64,000 nt of DNA from Longimicrobiales bacterium. GTDB lineage: Bacteria; Gemmatimonadota; Gemmatimonadetes; Longimicrobiales; Gaopeijiaceae. The stretch is from the NCBI GenBank assembly GCA_965202805.1, contig OZ241869.1, positions 3,552,001 to 3,616,000 of the forward strand, given 5' to 3'. Below the pieces are notes generated by a model. The model saw only the letters and a list, made by a program, of their open reading frames with translations, had not been told where the DNA came from and made no database searches. A program made the position numbers and the translations under genes. Of this stretch, positions 30,853 through 40,532 are shown piece by piece; positions within the stretch are counted from its first letter, which is position 1, and every line of letters begins with the position of its first letter.

Positions 30853-32217
30853 ATGCGAACCAGCGCCGTCCATTCGACCATCGTGAAGACCGGTGCCGCC
30901 GCTCTGGCGCTCGCTCTGGCGGTCGCGCCCGCGGCCGGCCAGTGGACGCCGATGAAGCCGGGCAGCGACAACATGGACGTGCTCGGCCACGTCCCGCTCG
31001 GCCCGCAGCTCAGCATCGCGGACATCGAACTCGAGCAGGAAATGCACCGTCCCTACGCGTACGTCGCGCGCATGGTGTACGGCGAGGTGGGCCCCAAGGG
31101 CACCGACATCATCAACCTGGAGGATCCCGAGAAGCCGGAGGTGATCTACCGCTGGCGCATCGAGAACCAGGACCTGCACCAGCGCACCGGCGGCATGGAC
31201 GTCAAGTACTTCAAGCTCGACGGCCGCTACTACGTGGTGCAGTCCCTCCAGTTCGGCCAGGGCGGCCCCAACCCCGACCTGGGCGCGGTCATCCTGGACG
31301 TCACCGGGCTTCCCGATCCCACAACCGTGCGCGAGGTCGCCCGCATCCGGGAGCCTGAAATGCCGGGGGGCTTCCACAACATCTTCATCTACAAGCACTC
31401 CGACGGACGCGTGCTGCTGATCACCACGATCAGGGGACCCTTCGCCCACGTGTACGACATGGCCAAGGCCGTCGACGGAGATCCCTCCGACGCTCTCGCG
31501 GGGCGAATCCCGGTCCCCGAGTCGCCGCTCGGGCAGGGGAGCGGGCGCGGATACCACGACTTCTACGCCGCGTATCATCCGGACACCGGGCAGGACCGCT
31601 TCTACGGCGGAGGAACCGGGGGTTACTACGTCTACAACATCAGCGACCTGGACAACCCGGAGCTCGTGGTCACCATGACCGGCATCAGCGGCGTCCGCTC
31701 GGGCCATACCTTCACGCCCAGCCCGGACGGGCGCTACGTGATTGCCGAGACCGAATACCAGTACGCGCCGCTGCGCATCTTCGACCTCCAGCCCGCCCTC
31801 GAGGGCACGCAGACGAACATCAACCGGCCCATCTCCGCCTGGACCGCCGACTGGCAGAACCTGGTGCACAACCACGAGGTGCGCTGGCCCTACGTCTTCG
31901 TCTCCGGGTACCTCGACGGCCTCCAGATCTTCAGCCTGATGGACCCGGCGAACCCGGTCACCGTGGGCTACTACGACACCTACAGCGGCCCGCCCAACGC
32001 TCGTGATTTCCGCAATCCGGTGTTCAACGGCGCGTTCGGCGTGGACGTGCGCAACGAGGACGGCCTCATCGTGGTGAGCGACATGAGCACCGGGTTCTGG
32101 ACCTTCCGCATGGAGGGATTCCAGGGCTGGAACGGCGAGGACTGGGGGATGCCCGACATCTCGAGCGTGCAGAAGTGGGACGAGACCCGCCCGCGCCCGG
32201 TGAGCCAGGAGCGGTGA
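30853..32217 (+). CDS. Secreted LVIVD-like beta-propeller protein
   Basis: Signal peptide; repeats such as VILDVTGLPDP, YNISDLDNPE, IFSLMDPANP; GAFGVD; AAGGAG RBS. Confidence 0.75.
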   Translation: MRTSAVHSTIVKTGAAALALALAVAPAAGQWTPMKPGSDNMDVLGHVPLGPQLSIADIELEQEMHRPYAYVARMVYGEVGPKGTDIINLEDPEKPEVIYRWRIENQDLHQRTGGMDVKYFKLDGRYYVVQSLQFGQGGPNPDLGAVILDVTGLPDPTTVREVARIREPEMPGGFHNIFIYKHSDGRVLLITTIRGPFAHVYDMAKAVDGDPSDALAGRIPVPESPLGQGSGRGYHDFYAAYHPDTGQDRFYGGGTGGYYVYNISDLDNPELVVTMTGISGVRSGHTFTPSPDGRYVIAETEYQYAPLRIFDLQPALEGTQTNINRPISAWTADWQNLVHNHEVRWPYVFVSGYLDGLQIFSLMDPANPVTVGYYDTYSGPPNARDFRNPVFNGAFGVDVRNEDGLIVVSDMSTGFWTFRMEGFQGWNGEDWGMPDISSVQKWDETRPRPVSQER

Positions 32218-32221
32218 GCCG

Positions 32222-32830
32222 ATGATGGGCAAGACGCTGCTCCTCGCACTGCTGGCCGCGCTGGCCCCGGCCGCCGCGGATTCCGCTCCCGGGATTCCTC
32301 CGGGGACGTGCGCGCTTCCGGAGGCCCTCGTGCCGGGCGAAGCGGTCCACCTGCCGCTGCCCGAATCCGCGGCCCCGGTCGACGCGCCCGCGTACTACGC
32401 CTTCCCGGTGGTGAGCACCCGCAGGCTCCCGGGCACCGGGCTCGCGGCGGGACTGGGCGAGGTGACCTTCGCCGACTCCCCCTTCGGCGTGACCCTGGCG
32501 GAGGACGGCAGCTACGTGCTCGACGTGTGGCTCTCGGTGGAGCGCCTGATGGCGCCCCGCGAAGGCGTCTATGTGGGATGGCTGACCACGCCGGACCTGG
32601 ACCAGGTGCAGCGCATCGGTGCGCTTGCGGACGGAGGGCCGCTTCGCGGCCGGGCCCGGTGGAACAAGTTCCTGCTCGTGGTCACGCTCGAGCCCGGCGA
32701 CGACCCCGAGGCCGCGATGTGGACCGGTCCGGTGGTGATGCGCGGCATGTCCCGCAGCGGCCAGATGCACACCATGGCGGGGCACGGCGCCTTCGAACAG
32801 GAGAACTGCGCCGTCTACGGCTACGATTGA
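32222..32830 (+). CDS. Secreted hypothetical protein homologous to the N-terminal domain of the 24754-27075 oxidase
   Basis: Signal peptide; PFGVT, YVGW, NKFLL, MRGMSRS match PFGVT, YVAW, NKFLI, LRGRSPS. Confidence 0.75.
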   Translation: MMGKTLLLALLAALAPAAADSAPGIPPGTCALPEALVPGEAVHLPLPESAAPVDAPAYYAFPVVSTRRLPGTGLAAGLGEVTFADSPFGVTLAEDGSYVLDVWLSVERLMAPREGVYVGWLTTPDLDQVQRIGALADGGPLRGRARWNKFLLVVTLEPGDDPEAAMWTGPVVMRGMSRSGQMHTMAGHGAFEQENCAVYGYD

Positions 32831-32844
32831 GGCAGCCGACGCCG

Positions 32845-34527
32845 GTGCGCCTCCTTCACGGACTGCCCATCCTTCTCATCGCCGCCCTGCCGGGTGCGCT
32901 CGCTGCCCAGGAACACCGGATGATGGGCCACGGAGAGCACGGCGAGGCCGATGGCTGGCGCATGCCCCCGATGTCCATGACCATGCCCATGGTGCCCGGG
33001 CTCGAGAACGCGCTCCCGCCCGTGCGTCCCTTCCTGATCGGCGATGGCATGGATCCGGCGATGTTCCCGGCGGCCCAACCCGGCCGGCGTGTCGTGGTGG
33101 CCGACGGGGATACCCTCGACATGGACGTGTCCGTGGTCCGGCGCACGATCGGCGGGCGCGACTACGCCATGCTCGGGTACGACGGCCAGTATCCGGGTCC
33201 CCTCATCCAGGCGGACCGGGGCTCGCGCATCATGGTGCGGGTGACCAACCGCATTCAGTTGCCCACGACCGTCCACTGGCACGGGATCCGGCTGGAGAAC
33301 CGCTTCGACGGCGTCGCCGGGCTCACCCAGGACCCCATCGCCGAAGGCGAGACCTTCACCTACGAGATCGACGTTCCCGACGCCGGCATGTTCTGGTACC
33401 ACCCGCACATGCGCGAGGATGTCCAGCAGGACCTGGGCCTCTACGGGAACCTGCTGGTCATGCCCTCGACCCCGGACTTCTACGGCCCCTCCCATCGCGA
33501 AGAGGTGCTCGTCCTCGACGACATCCTGATCGACGACCAGGGGCTCATCCCCTGGGGCGAGGAAGCGCCGACGCACGCGCTCATGGGACGCTTCGGCACG
33601 GTGATGCTGACCAACGGGGTCGACGACCACCGCATCGCGGCGCGCGCCGGCGAGGTGGTGCGCTTCTACCTGACCAACGTCGCCAACACCCGCACCTTCA
33701 ACGTCCGCTTCGGGAACGCGCGGGTGAAGCTGGTCGCGTCCGATATCGGCAAGTTCGAACGCGAAACCTGGGTGGAGAGCGTGGTCATCGCGCCCGCCGA
33801 GCGCTACGTGGTGGACGTGCGCTTCCCGGAGGCCGGGGAAGTCGGCATCACCAACACGATCCAGGCGGTGAACCACTTCCGCGGCACCTTCTACCCGCAC
33901 GAGGACACGCTCGCGGTCGTCGGCGTGAACGGTCCCGCGGTCGACGATGCCGTCACGCAGGCCTTCGACGAACTGCGCGAAAACCGCGACGTGGCCGAGG
34001 ACATCGAGCCCTTCCGCGCCCTGCTGGGCAAGCCGGTGGACTACGAGCTGGTGACGACGGTCCGGGTACGGGATCTTCCGGTGCCCATCGTGGCGTCGAT
34101 GGAAGCCGACACCTTTTACGTGCCGCCGGTCGAGTGGAACGACGGCATGCCGATGATGAACTGGCTCTCGACGGGCAACCAGGTGACCTGGATCCTGCGG
34201 GAACCGGCCAGCGGGCGGGAGAACGGCGACATCGACTGGCGCTTTCGCGTGGGCGATGTGGTCAAGATCCGGGTGTTCAACGACCCCGAGTCGTTTCATC
34301 CCATGAACCATCCCATCCACATTCACGGCCAGCGGTTCCTGGTGACCGAGCGCGACGGCATCCCCAACACGAACCTGGTGTGGAAGGACACCACCATCCT
34401 TCCGGTCGGCTCGACCATGGATCTGCTGGTGGAGATGTCAAATCCGGGATCATGGATGCTTCATTGTCACATCGCGGAGCACCTGCACGCGGGAATGATG
34501 TTCGTATTCGAGGTTACGGAGGAGTAG
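32845..34527 (+). CDS. Multicopper oxidase with Met/His-rich N-terminus
   Basis: HWHG, WYHPH, HPIHIHG, HCHIAEHLHAGM; EHRMMGHGEHG and MPPMSMTMPM. Confidence 0.9.
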   Translation: MRLLHGLPILLIAALPGALAAQEHRMMGHGEHGEADGWRMPPMSMTMPMVPGLENALPPVRPFLIGDGMDPAMFPAAQPGRRVVVADGDTLDMDVSVVRRTIGGRDYAMLGYDGQYPGPLIQADRGSRIMVRVTNRIQLPTTVHWHGIRLENRFDGVAGLTQDPIAEGETFTYEIDVPDAGMFWYHPHMREDVQQDLGLYGNLLVMPSTPDFYGPSHREEVLVLDDILIDDQGLIPWGEEAPTHALMGRFGTVMLTNGVDDHRIAARAGEVVRFYLTNVANTRTFNVRFGNARVKLVASDIGKFERETWVESVVIAPAERYVVDVRFPEAGEVGITNTIQAVNHFRGTFYPHEDTLAVVGVNGPAVDDAVTQAFDELRENRDVAEDIEPFRALLGKPVDYELVTTVRVRDLPVPIVASMEADTFYVPPVEWNDGMPMMNWLSTGNQVTWILREPASGRENGDIDWRFRVGDVVKIRVFNDPESFHPMNHPIHIHGQRFLVTERDGIPNTNLVWKDTTILPVGSTMDLLVEMSNPGSWMLHCHIAEHLHAGMMFVFEVTEE

Positions 34528-34535
34528 TGCCGCCG

Positions 34536-35072
34536 ATGTCATCACGCATGTCGTTCGCCGTTGTCGCATTGCTGATCGCGGGGTGTGGGGGACCGCCCGC
34601 AGCGCCGCCCGCATCTCCGGCTCCCGGGTCAGCGCCGCCCGGGACGCCGGCGCCGGGCGATGCGCCTCTCGCCGCGGCAGGCGCTCCGCCGGCGGAGGCT
34701 CCTGCTGACGACGCGACGGGGCCGGAAGGGGGACCGTCCGGCGAGGCATCTCCGGCTCCGGCCGCCTTCTACACGGAACCGCAGGCGCGCCGCGGCCAGC
34801 GCGCGTTTCGCCAGGTCTGTTCGGACTGCCACTACACGAGCGAGTTCAAGGGGCCGGTGTTCACGGACGTGTGGGCGCGCCGCACCGCCCGCGACCTGTA
34901 CCGGGAGCTGCGCCGCACGATGCCCGACGACAACCCGGGAGGGCTGCCGCGCCAGACCTACGTGGACGTCATGGCGTACATCCTCGAGTTGAACGGCTAT
35001 CCCGCCGGTGCCGACGAGCTTCCTCCGGATGATGATGTCCTGGGCAGCTTCAGGCTGACCCCGCCGGAGTGA
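34536..35072 (+). CDS. Monoheme cytochrome c lipoprotein with Pro/Ala linker
   Basis: Lipobox LIAGC, CSDCH, TMP axial Met. Confidence 0.85.
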   Translation: MSSRMSFAVVALLIAGCGGPPAAPPASPAPGSAPPGTPAPGDAPLAAAGAPPAEAPADDATGPEGGPSGEASPAPAAFYTEPQARRGQRAFRQVCSDCHYTSEFKGPVFTDVWARRTARDLYRELRRTMPDDNPGGLPRQTYVDVMAYILELNGYPAGADELPPDDDVLGSFRLTPPE

Positions 35073-35086
35073 CCGGGTCCGGGGCG

Positions 35087-35116
35087 TTGACCCGTCGTCC
35101 CCTGTTTCGGTAGACT
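35087..35116 (+). promoter_or_regulatory. Putative sigma70 promoter upstream of rpmE2
   Basis: TTGACC-N18-TAGACT. Confidence 0.5.
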
Positions 35117-35185
35117 TGTCGGCTGTTGGCCCTCCGCCCGGCAACGGCGGCGGCGCACCGCACCAGAGTTTTCGGAGCCCAGGGG

Positions 35186-35470
35186 ATGAAAGAAGGTATT
35201 CACCCGGAGTATCACCCGGTGGTGTTTCAGGACGCGTCCAACGGCTACGCGTTCCTGACCCGATCGACCGTCAAGAGCGACAAGACCATCAAGTGGGAAG
35301 ACGGAAACGAGTATCCCCTGGTCAGCCTGGAGATCTCGAGTTCGTCGCACCCGTTCTACACGGGCACCCAGCGCATGGTGGACACGGCGGGCCGCGTCGA
35401 GCGTTTCCAGCAGCGCTATGCGCGTCAGATGCGCAAGAAGTCCGGCGCCGGCGAGTCGGACGCGAAGTAA
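35186..35470 (+). CDS. rpmE2: 50S ribosomal protein L31 type B (no Zn cysteines)
   Basis: [43 protein letters not shown]. Confidence 0.95.
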   Translation: MKEGIHPEYHPVVFQDASNGYAFLTRSTVKSDKTIKWEDGNEYPLVSLEISSSSHPFYTGTQRMVDTAGRVERFQQRYARQMRKKSGAGESDAK

Positions 35471-35480
35471 CCGGCCGGCG

Positions 35481-35852
35481 ATGGCAGGAGACACGATCTT
35501 CTCCCGGATCGTCCGACGGGAGATTCCGGCCGACATCGTCTATCAGGACGACCTGGTGACGGCGTTTCGCGATATCGCGCCGGCCGCGCCCACGCATGTG
35601 CTGGTGGTGCCCAACCACGTCATCGCCAGCGCGCGCGACCTCACCGGCGAGGACGAGCCGGTGCTGGGCCGCATGTTCGCGGTGGCGGCGCGCATCGCCC
35701 GGGAGCAGGGTATTGCGGAAACCGGCTACCGGTTGATCGTCAACTGCGGCGAGGACGGGTGTCAGGAGGTCTACCACCTCCACATGCACCTGGTCGGTGG
35801 GCGTCCGCTGGGGCCGATGCTCGGGGGTGCCCGGGGCTCGTCGGCCCAATAG
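35481..35852 (+). CDS. hinT: HIT-family nucleoside phosphoramidase
   Basis: [30 protein letters not shown]. Confidence 0.9.
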   Translation: MAGDTIFSRIVRREIPADIVYQDDLVTAFRDIAPAAPTHVLVVPNHVIASARDLTGEDEPVLGRMFAVAARIAREQGIAETGYRLIVNCGEDGCQEVYHLHMHLVGGRPLGPMLGGARGSSAQ

Positions 35853-35930
35853 CACTGGAGAACGACCCGAAGGGCGTGTAGCTTTCTCACCTCTCGCGCG
35901 AAGGAGAGGCGACCCAAGGAAGGCGGCAAG

Positions 35931-36236
35931 GTGGCAAAAAGAGGAAAGATCGAACAGAACCTGAAGCGCGCGAAGCTGATCGAGCGCTACGCGGAGCGCC
36001 GTCGCGAGCTTCGGCGGATCATTGCCGACCCCGACAGGTCGACGGAGGAGAAGCGCGAGGCCCAGTGGGCGCTGCGCAAGCTGCCGCGCGATTCCAGCGC
36101 GACCCGGTATCGCAACCGCTGCGGCACCACGGGGCGGCCGCGCGGCCACATCAAGAAGTTCGGCCTTTCCCGCATCGCGTTCCGCGAGTGGTCCCTGGAG
36201 GGGAAGATCCCCGGGGTCCGCAAGTCCAGCTGGTAA
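35931..36236 (+). CDS. rpsN: 30S ribosomal protein S14, long Zn-independent type
   Basis: 101 aa, [37 protein letters not shown]. Confidence 0.95.
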   Translation: MAKRGKIEQNLKRAKLIERYAERRRELRRIIADPDRSTEEKREAQWALRKLPRDSSATRYRNRCGTTGRPRGHIKKFGLSRIAFREWSLEGKIPGVRKSSW

Positions 36237-36261
36237 CGCCCGGCCCGCGCAGCCCGCGGCG

Positions 36262-37131
36262 GTGTCCTCTCCCGCCGTCATCGCCGACGAACTCGGCGCG
36301 CACGTCTCGGTAGCCGGCGGCGTCGAGCACGCGCCTGCACGTGCGCGGGACATCACCGCGCTCAACCTGCAGCTCTTCACCAAGCAACCGAACCGCTGGG
36401 CCGAGCCCACGCTCGACGGCGAGCGGATCCGCGCCTTCAGGAGGGCGCGCGCGACCGCCGGCATCCGGTGTGCCGTCGCCCACGACTCCTATCTCATCAA
36501 CCTGGCGTCCCCGGATCCGGGCCTCTGGCGCCGGTCCCTGGACAGCTTCCGGGCGGAGTTGGCGCGCGGTCGTGAGCTGGACCTGGATTTTCTTGTCACG
36601 CACCCGGGGAACGCCACCGACGGCGACATCGCGAGCGGCATCGCCCGCAACGCCGCGGCTCTGACGGAGGCGCTCGAGGGCTGTCCGGACGGGCCAAGGG
36701 TTCTGCTCGAGCTTACTGCGGGGGCGGGCACCTCGGTCGGGGGCCGGTTCGAACACCTCGCCGCGATCCGGGAGGGCACGGGCGCGCCGCTGGACCGGCG
36801 CGTGGGCGTATGCGTCGATACCTGTCACGCGTTTTCCGCCGGGTACGATCTGGTCGGCGACTACGAGGGCGTCTGGCGGGCCTTCGACGGCGAACTGGGC
36901 ATGGAGCTGCTGGAACTCTTTCATCTGAACGACTCGAAGCACCCCTTTGCGTCGCACCGCGACCAGCACGAGATGATCGGCGAGGGTACGCTGGGCGAGG
37001 CCCCCTTCCGCCGCATCATGAGGGACGCTCGTTTCCGGGACATCCCCAAGCTGCTGGAGACGCCCAAGGGCGACGACGTGGTCTCGAACGACCGGCGCAA
37101 CCTGGCGCTCCTCCGTTCATACCGCACGTGA
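36262..37131 (+). CDS. nfo: Endonuclease IV (start uncertain)
   Basis: GAHVSVAGG, HDSYLINLAS, THPG, DTCH, FHLNDSK, LETP. Confidence 0.92.
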   Translation: MSSPAVIADELGAHVSVAGGVEHAPARARDITALNLQLFTKQPNRWAEPTLDGERIRAFRRARATAGIRCAVAHDSYLINLASPDPGLWRRSLDSFRAELARGRELDLDFLVTHPGNATDGDIASGIARNAAALTEALEGCPDGPRVLLELTAGAGTSVGGRFEHLAAIREGTGAPLDRRVGVCVDTCHAFSAGYDLVGDYEGVWRAFDGELGMELLELFHLNDSKHPFASHRDQHEMIGEGTLGEAPFRRIMRDARFRDIPKLLETPKGDDVVSNDRRNLALLRSYRT

Positions 37132-37805
37132 AGGGAGTGGACGTGAAGGGAGCGCGCGTGAAGGACCTGGCTGGCGGGGCGGTGTATGCCGGGCTTCTCC
37201 ACCTGCTGCTGACGGCGCCGCCGGCGCCGGCCGTGGCGCAGATTCCGCTTGCCGTGGAGGTGCGGGCGGGCGGGGTGTATTCGACGCCGTTCGCCCGCGG
37301 GACGGCCGTGGTGCCGGCCGAGCTCGAGGCGGTGGCGCGCGACCTGGAGGTGGGCCCCCGCCCCGCCCCGGTCGTGGAGCTGGCCCTGGTGGGCCGGCCC
37401 CGCCCCTCGCTGCTGCTCGAGTTTCGTTCCGGTGTGAGCCTCGCCGATGTCGCCGGGGAGGGTGGCGGGCACTCCTGGCCGGCAGGCCGGATGACCGCCG
37501 TCCACATTGTGGGCGGGGTTCGGTTGCCGCATCCGCAGCTGCCGGGGGTGGATGTGCGTGCCGCCGCGGGAAAGGTCCTCTACCTCAGCGGCGACGTGAA
37601 CCTGTTGGAGGGCAGCGAAAGGACCGGCCTGCTGCTGTCCGGCGGATTCGGGATTCGCCTTCCCGGCCCCATTCCCGCGACCGGGGTGGCCGAGGCACAG
37701 TGGCACGAGTTCGATCCTGCCTTGCCGGCGGAGGCGGGCGCGGCGGCCGGCGCGGTAACCCGATTTCTCGCCTGGCTGGCCGTGCCGGTGTGGGGGACGT
37801 CATGA
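37128..37805 (+). CDS. Hypothetical exported protein, possibly a beta-barrel
   Basis: Signal-like N-terminus, alternating beta-strand pattern, 4-bp overlaps with both neighbours. Confidence 0.55.
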   Translation: MKGVDVKGARVKDLAGGAVYAGLLHLLLTAPPAPAVAQIPLAVEVRAGGVYSTPFARGTAVVPAELEAVARDLEVGPRPAPVVELALVGRPRPSLLLEFRSGVSLADVAGEGGGHSWPAGRMTAVHIVGGVRLPHPQLPGVDVRAAAGKVLYLSGDVNLLEGSERTGLLLSGGFGIRLPGPIPATGVAEAQWHEFDPALPAEAGAAAGAVTRFLAWLAVPVWGTS

Positions 37806-38515
37806 GTCGGGGGCGGGGAACCGGAGCGATTTGGCGGATGGCCGTGGTCGGCGCGGCGCTCGCCACAGCGTGCGACAGCGCCACCATCCCGGCCCTTCCC
37901 GTCCCCTACGACTTCCGCCTGGCGATCTACGGCGCCGACGGGAGCGCGCGCCAACGAACCTTCCACTGGCACCGCGGCGCCGTGGTGCCGGTATACGTGG
38001 ACGACGAACCTGCGGGCGCCGGGGCACTGCGGCAGGCCTTCCGGCGGGCGGTGCGGGCCTGGCGGTCGGCCGCGGTGTTCGGCGAGGTGCGATTGCGGGA
38101 GACCAACGATCTGGGCGAGGCGCGCGCGGTGTTGCGCTGGCACGATGCGGTGGGTGTTCTCTCGACGCCCATGACGTGCGTGGGGCCCGTGACGGGCGCC
38201 GCGTCCACTCTCGGCTGCCTGAACGACCCCCGCGACGCGCTGCGCACCTGGCCCCGCCGCGACGGCGAACCCTCGCAGGTCATCTACCGCGTGGTCATCC
38301 GCCGAACCGACGACCAGGAGCTGCTCGATCGGCTGGTGATCCACGAGATGGGACACGTGTTGGGCATCCTGAGCCATTCACCGGACCCGTCCGACATCAT
38401 GTGGGCGGGCCCGGATCTGCCCCCGGCGCCCACCGCGCGGGATCGCAGCACCCTTCGCTCCCTGTACATGACACCCGTGGATCTTCCGATCGAGAGCCCG
38501 CTTCCCGGGGGATGA
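37802..38515 (+). CDS. Matrixin/M10-like zinc metalloprotease lipoprotein
   Basis: Lipobox LATAC, HEMGHVLGILSH, Met-turn DIM. Confidence 0.82.
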   Translation: MSRGRGTGAIWRMAVVGAALATACDSATIPALPVPYDFRLAIYGADGSARQRTFHWHRGAVVPVYVDDEPAGAGALRQAFRRAVRAWRSAAVFGEVRLRETNDLGEARAVLRWHDAVGVLSTPMTCVGPVTGAASTLGCLNDPRDALRTWPRRDGEPSQVIYRVVIRRTDDQELLDRLVIHEMGHVLGILSHSPDPSDIMWAGPDLPPAPTARDRSTLRSLYMTPVDLPIESPLPGG

Positions 38516-38583
38516 GCTTTCCCTCGGTTGACGCGGCCAATCGATTCCTGTACCCTCCGCGAACTCATCGAGACCGGTCTGAA

Positions 38584-39666
38584 GTGAGCGCTCAAACATC
38601 GAATTTCGGTTCGTCCATCCCGTCCTCCCGCCTGCCGGTGGCCGTGCTGGGGGCCACGGGAATCGTCGGCCAGCGCCTGGTTCGCATGCTCGCGGGCCAT
38701 CCCTCGCTGCGTCTGGCCGAAGTCGTCGCTTCGTCACGGAGTACGGGTCGGCGCTATGCGGACGTGGTCCCCTGGGGCCTGACCGGGGACATTCCGGAGG
38801 CGGCCGCACGGCTGCCCGTGCGCGCCACTCGCGACCGCCTGCGCAGCCGGCTGGTGCTCTCGGCGCTGCCGCGCGCCGTCGCAACCGACCTGGAACTCGA
38901 TCTCGCCCGCGGCGGCCACGTCGTCTGCAGCAACGCCTCCGCGCACCGTCAGCGCGCGGATGTGCCCCTGATCGTGCCGGAAATCAACGCCGGGGACCTG
39001 GCACGGACCCGGTCCCAGCCGTGGTTCGACGGGGGAGGCGCGCTGGTGACCAACCCGAACTGCGTCGTCGTCGGAGTCGCACTGGCGCTCGCTCCGATCG
39101 AAGGGAGCTTCGGGATCGAGGAGGCGACGGTGGTCACCCTGCAGGCGCTCACCGGCGCCGGGCTGCAGGGCACGGCGGCGGTGCAGATGTCCGGAAACGT
39201 CGTTCCCTGGATCTCCGGCGAAGAGGAAAAGATCGGGCCCGAACTCAACAAGATCCTCGGTACCCGGATCCGGGTCGCCGCCAGCACGAATCGGGTGCCC
39301 GTGCTCGATGGGCACATGACACATGTCTTCCTGAAGCTGCGGACGCCGGCTCGGCCGGAGGAGGTCGAGCGCAGCCTGCTCGACTACCGCCCCTGCCCAT
39401 CCCTGCCCGAGTTGCCGACGCTTCCGGAACGGCCCCTCGCGGTGCGCTCCGAGCCCGACCGGCCCCAGCCCCGCCTCGACATCGGCGCCTCGCGCGGCAT
39501 GGCGGTCAGCATCGGCCGCATACGCTCAGCGCCCCCGCACGATCTGGCCCTCGTCACCGTGGTGCACAACGGGATACGCGGCGCCGCCGGGGCGTGCCTG
39601 GCCAACGCCGAGCTGTGTGTCGCCCGCGGGCTGCTCGAACCCGGCGAATCGAGGGCCGGAGGCTGA
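38584..39666 (+). CDS. asd: Aspartate-semialdehyde dehydrogenase (archaeal/fungal-like form)
   Basis: GATGIVGQR, SNASAHR, VTNPNC, NRVPVLDGH, RPQPRLD, HNGIRGAAG. Confidence 0.9.
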   Translation: MSAQTSNFGSSIPSSRLPVAVLGATGIVGQRLVRMLAGHPSLRLAEVVASSRSTGRRYADVVPWGLTGDIPEAAARLPVRATRDRLRSRLVLSALPRAVATDLELDLARGGHVVCSNASAHRQRADVPLIVPEINAGDLARTRSQPWFDGGGALVTNPNCVVVGVALALAPIEGSFGIEEATVVTLQALTGAGLQGTAAVQMSGNVVPWISGEEEKIGPELNKILGTRIRVAASTNRVPVLDGHMTHVFLKLRTPARPEEVERSLLDYRPCPSLPELPTLPERPLAVRSEPDRPQPRLDIGASRGMAVSIGRIRSAPPHDLALVTVVHNGIRGAAGACLANAELCVARGLLEPGESRAGG

Positions 39667-39724
39667 GGGTTCGCGGCTGAGCGTCTCCGCGACCGCGGGC
39701 GCGATGGTGCCGTTCGCCGGCTGT

Positions 39725-39753
39725 TGGACAAACATGATCGGCATCGCTACTTT
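39725..39753 (+). promoter_or_regulatory. Putative sigma70 promoter for the ncRNA
   Basis: TGGACA-N17-TACTTT directly before the closing stem. Confidence 0.5.
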
Positions 39754-39755
39754 TG

Positions 39756-39917
39756 CCCTGCGTTTCGGAGGCCCATCGATAATTGAGCCAACACAATGAG
39801 GCCGGGACTGGCTCTCGCGCCGGACGCAACGCCCCGGAACCGGGGACTGCGGAACTCGCGGGGAGGTCGCCAAGGATTCGTACCCGGGCTTCAAATATCT
39901 CCTCCGAAACGTCGGGA
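39756..39917 (+). ncRNA. ssrS: Probable 6S RNA
   Basis: About 160-nt rod: CGTTTCGGAGG pairs with CCTCCGAAACG, TTGAGCC pairs with GGCTTCAA, A-rich bubble AACACAATGA. Confidence 0.6.
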
Positions 39918-39991
39918 GGCTGGCGTCCGACGGGGCGCCGGTCTCCTGTTTTTCTGATGGCCGTCCTCGCGTCCGAAGCGGGAAGGGAGAG

Positions 39992-40408
39992 ATGCCGCGG
40001 GTAAGGATCACGCGGAGGGTGCACTTCTGCGCCGCCCACCGGCTGCACCGGGCCGACTGGTCCGACGAGCGCAACCGCGAGGTGTTCCGCAACTGCGCCA
40101 ATCGCAACTGGCACGGGCACAACTACGAGCTGGACGTGACCGTGGAGGGACCGGTCGACCCGGAGACGGGTTACGTCATGGACCTCAAGCAGTTGCGCGA
40201 TCTGGTGCAGGAGGGGGTGGTCGACGAGGTGGACCACGCCAACCTGAACCTGGATGTCGATTGGCTGGAGGGGACGATTCCCACCACGGAGAACGTGGTG
40301 GTGGCGATGTGGCACAGGCTGCGCGAGCGGATGCCCCCGCAGGTCGAGTTGGTGAAGCTGGTCCTGTGGGAGACGCCGAGGAACCGGGCGGAGTACTCGG
40401 GTGGGTAG
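39992..40408 (+). CDS. 6-pyruvoyl-tetrahydropterin synthase (C-X5-HGH, PTPS-II-like)
   Basis: FCAAHRL, CANRNWHGHNY, GYVMDL, DHANLN, PTTEN, WETPRN. Confidence 0.88.
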   Translation: MPRVRITRRVHFCAAHRLHRADWSDERNREVFRNCANRNWHGHNYELDVTVEGPVDPETGYVMDLKQLRDLVQEGVVDEVDHANLNLDVDWLEGTIPTTENVVVAMWHRLRERMPPQVELVKLVLWETPRNRAEYSGG

Positions 40409-40532
40409 CCGCGGAACGGCGATGCGGGGGTCGTGTCCGGAGGATCCACGGACCCGGGAGGAGTTTCTCGCCCTGGCGCCGAAGTCGGGGAAACCGGACT
40501 AGCAGCCGGTGACTGCCGGGAGCGGGTCGCCG

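Noticed and set aside
39992..40408. queD assignment and preQ1 riboswitch upstream
   Set aside because: The motif is C-X5-HGH, no que genes are nearby, and the upstream RNA is a long rod unlike preQ1 aptamers
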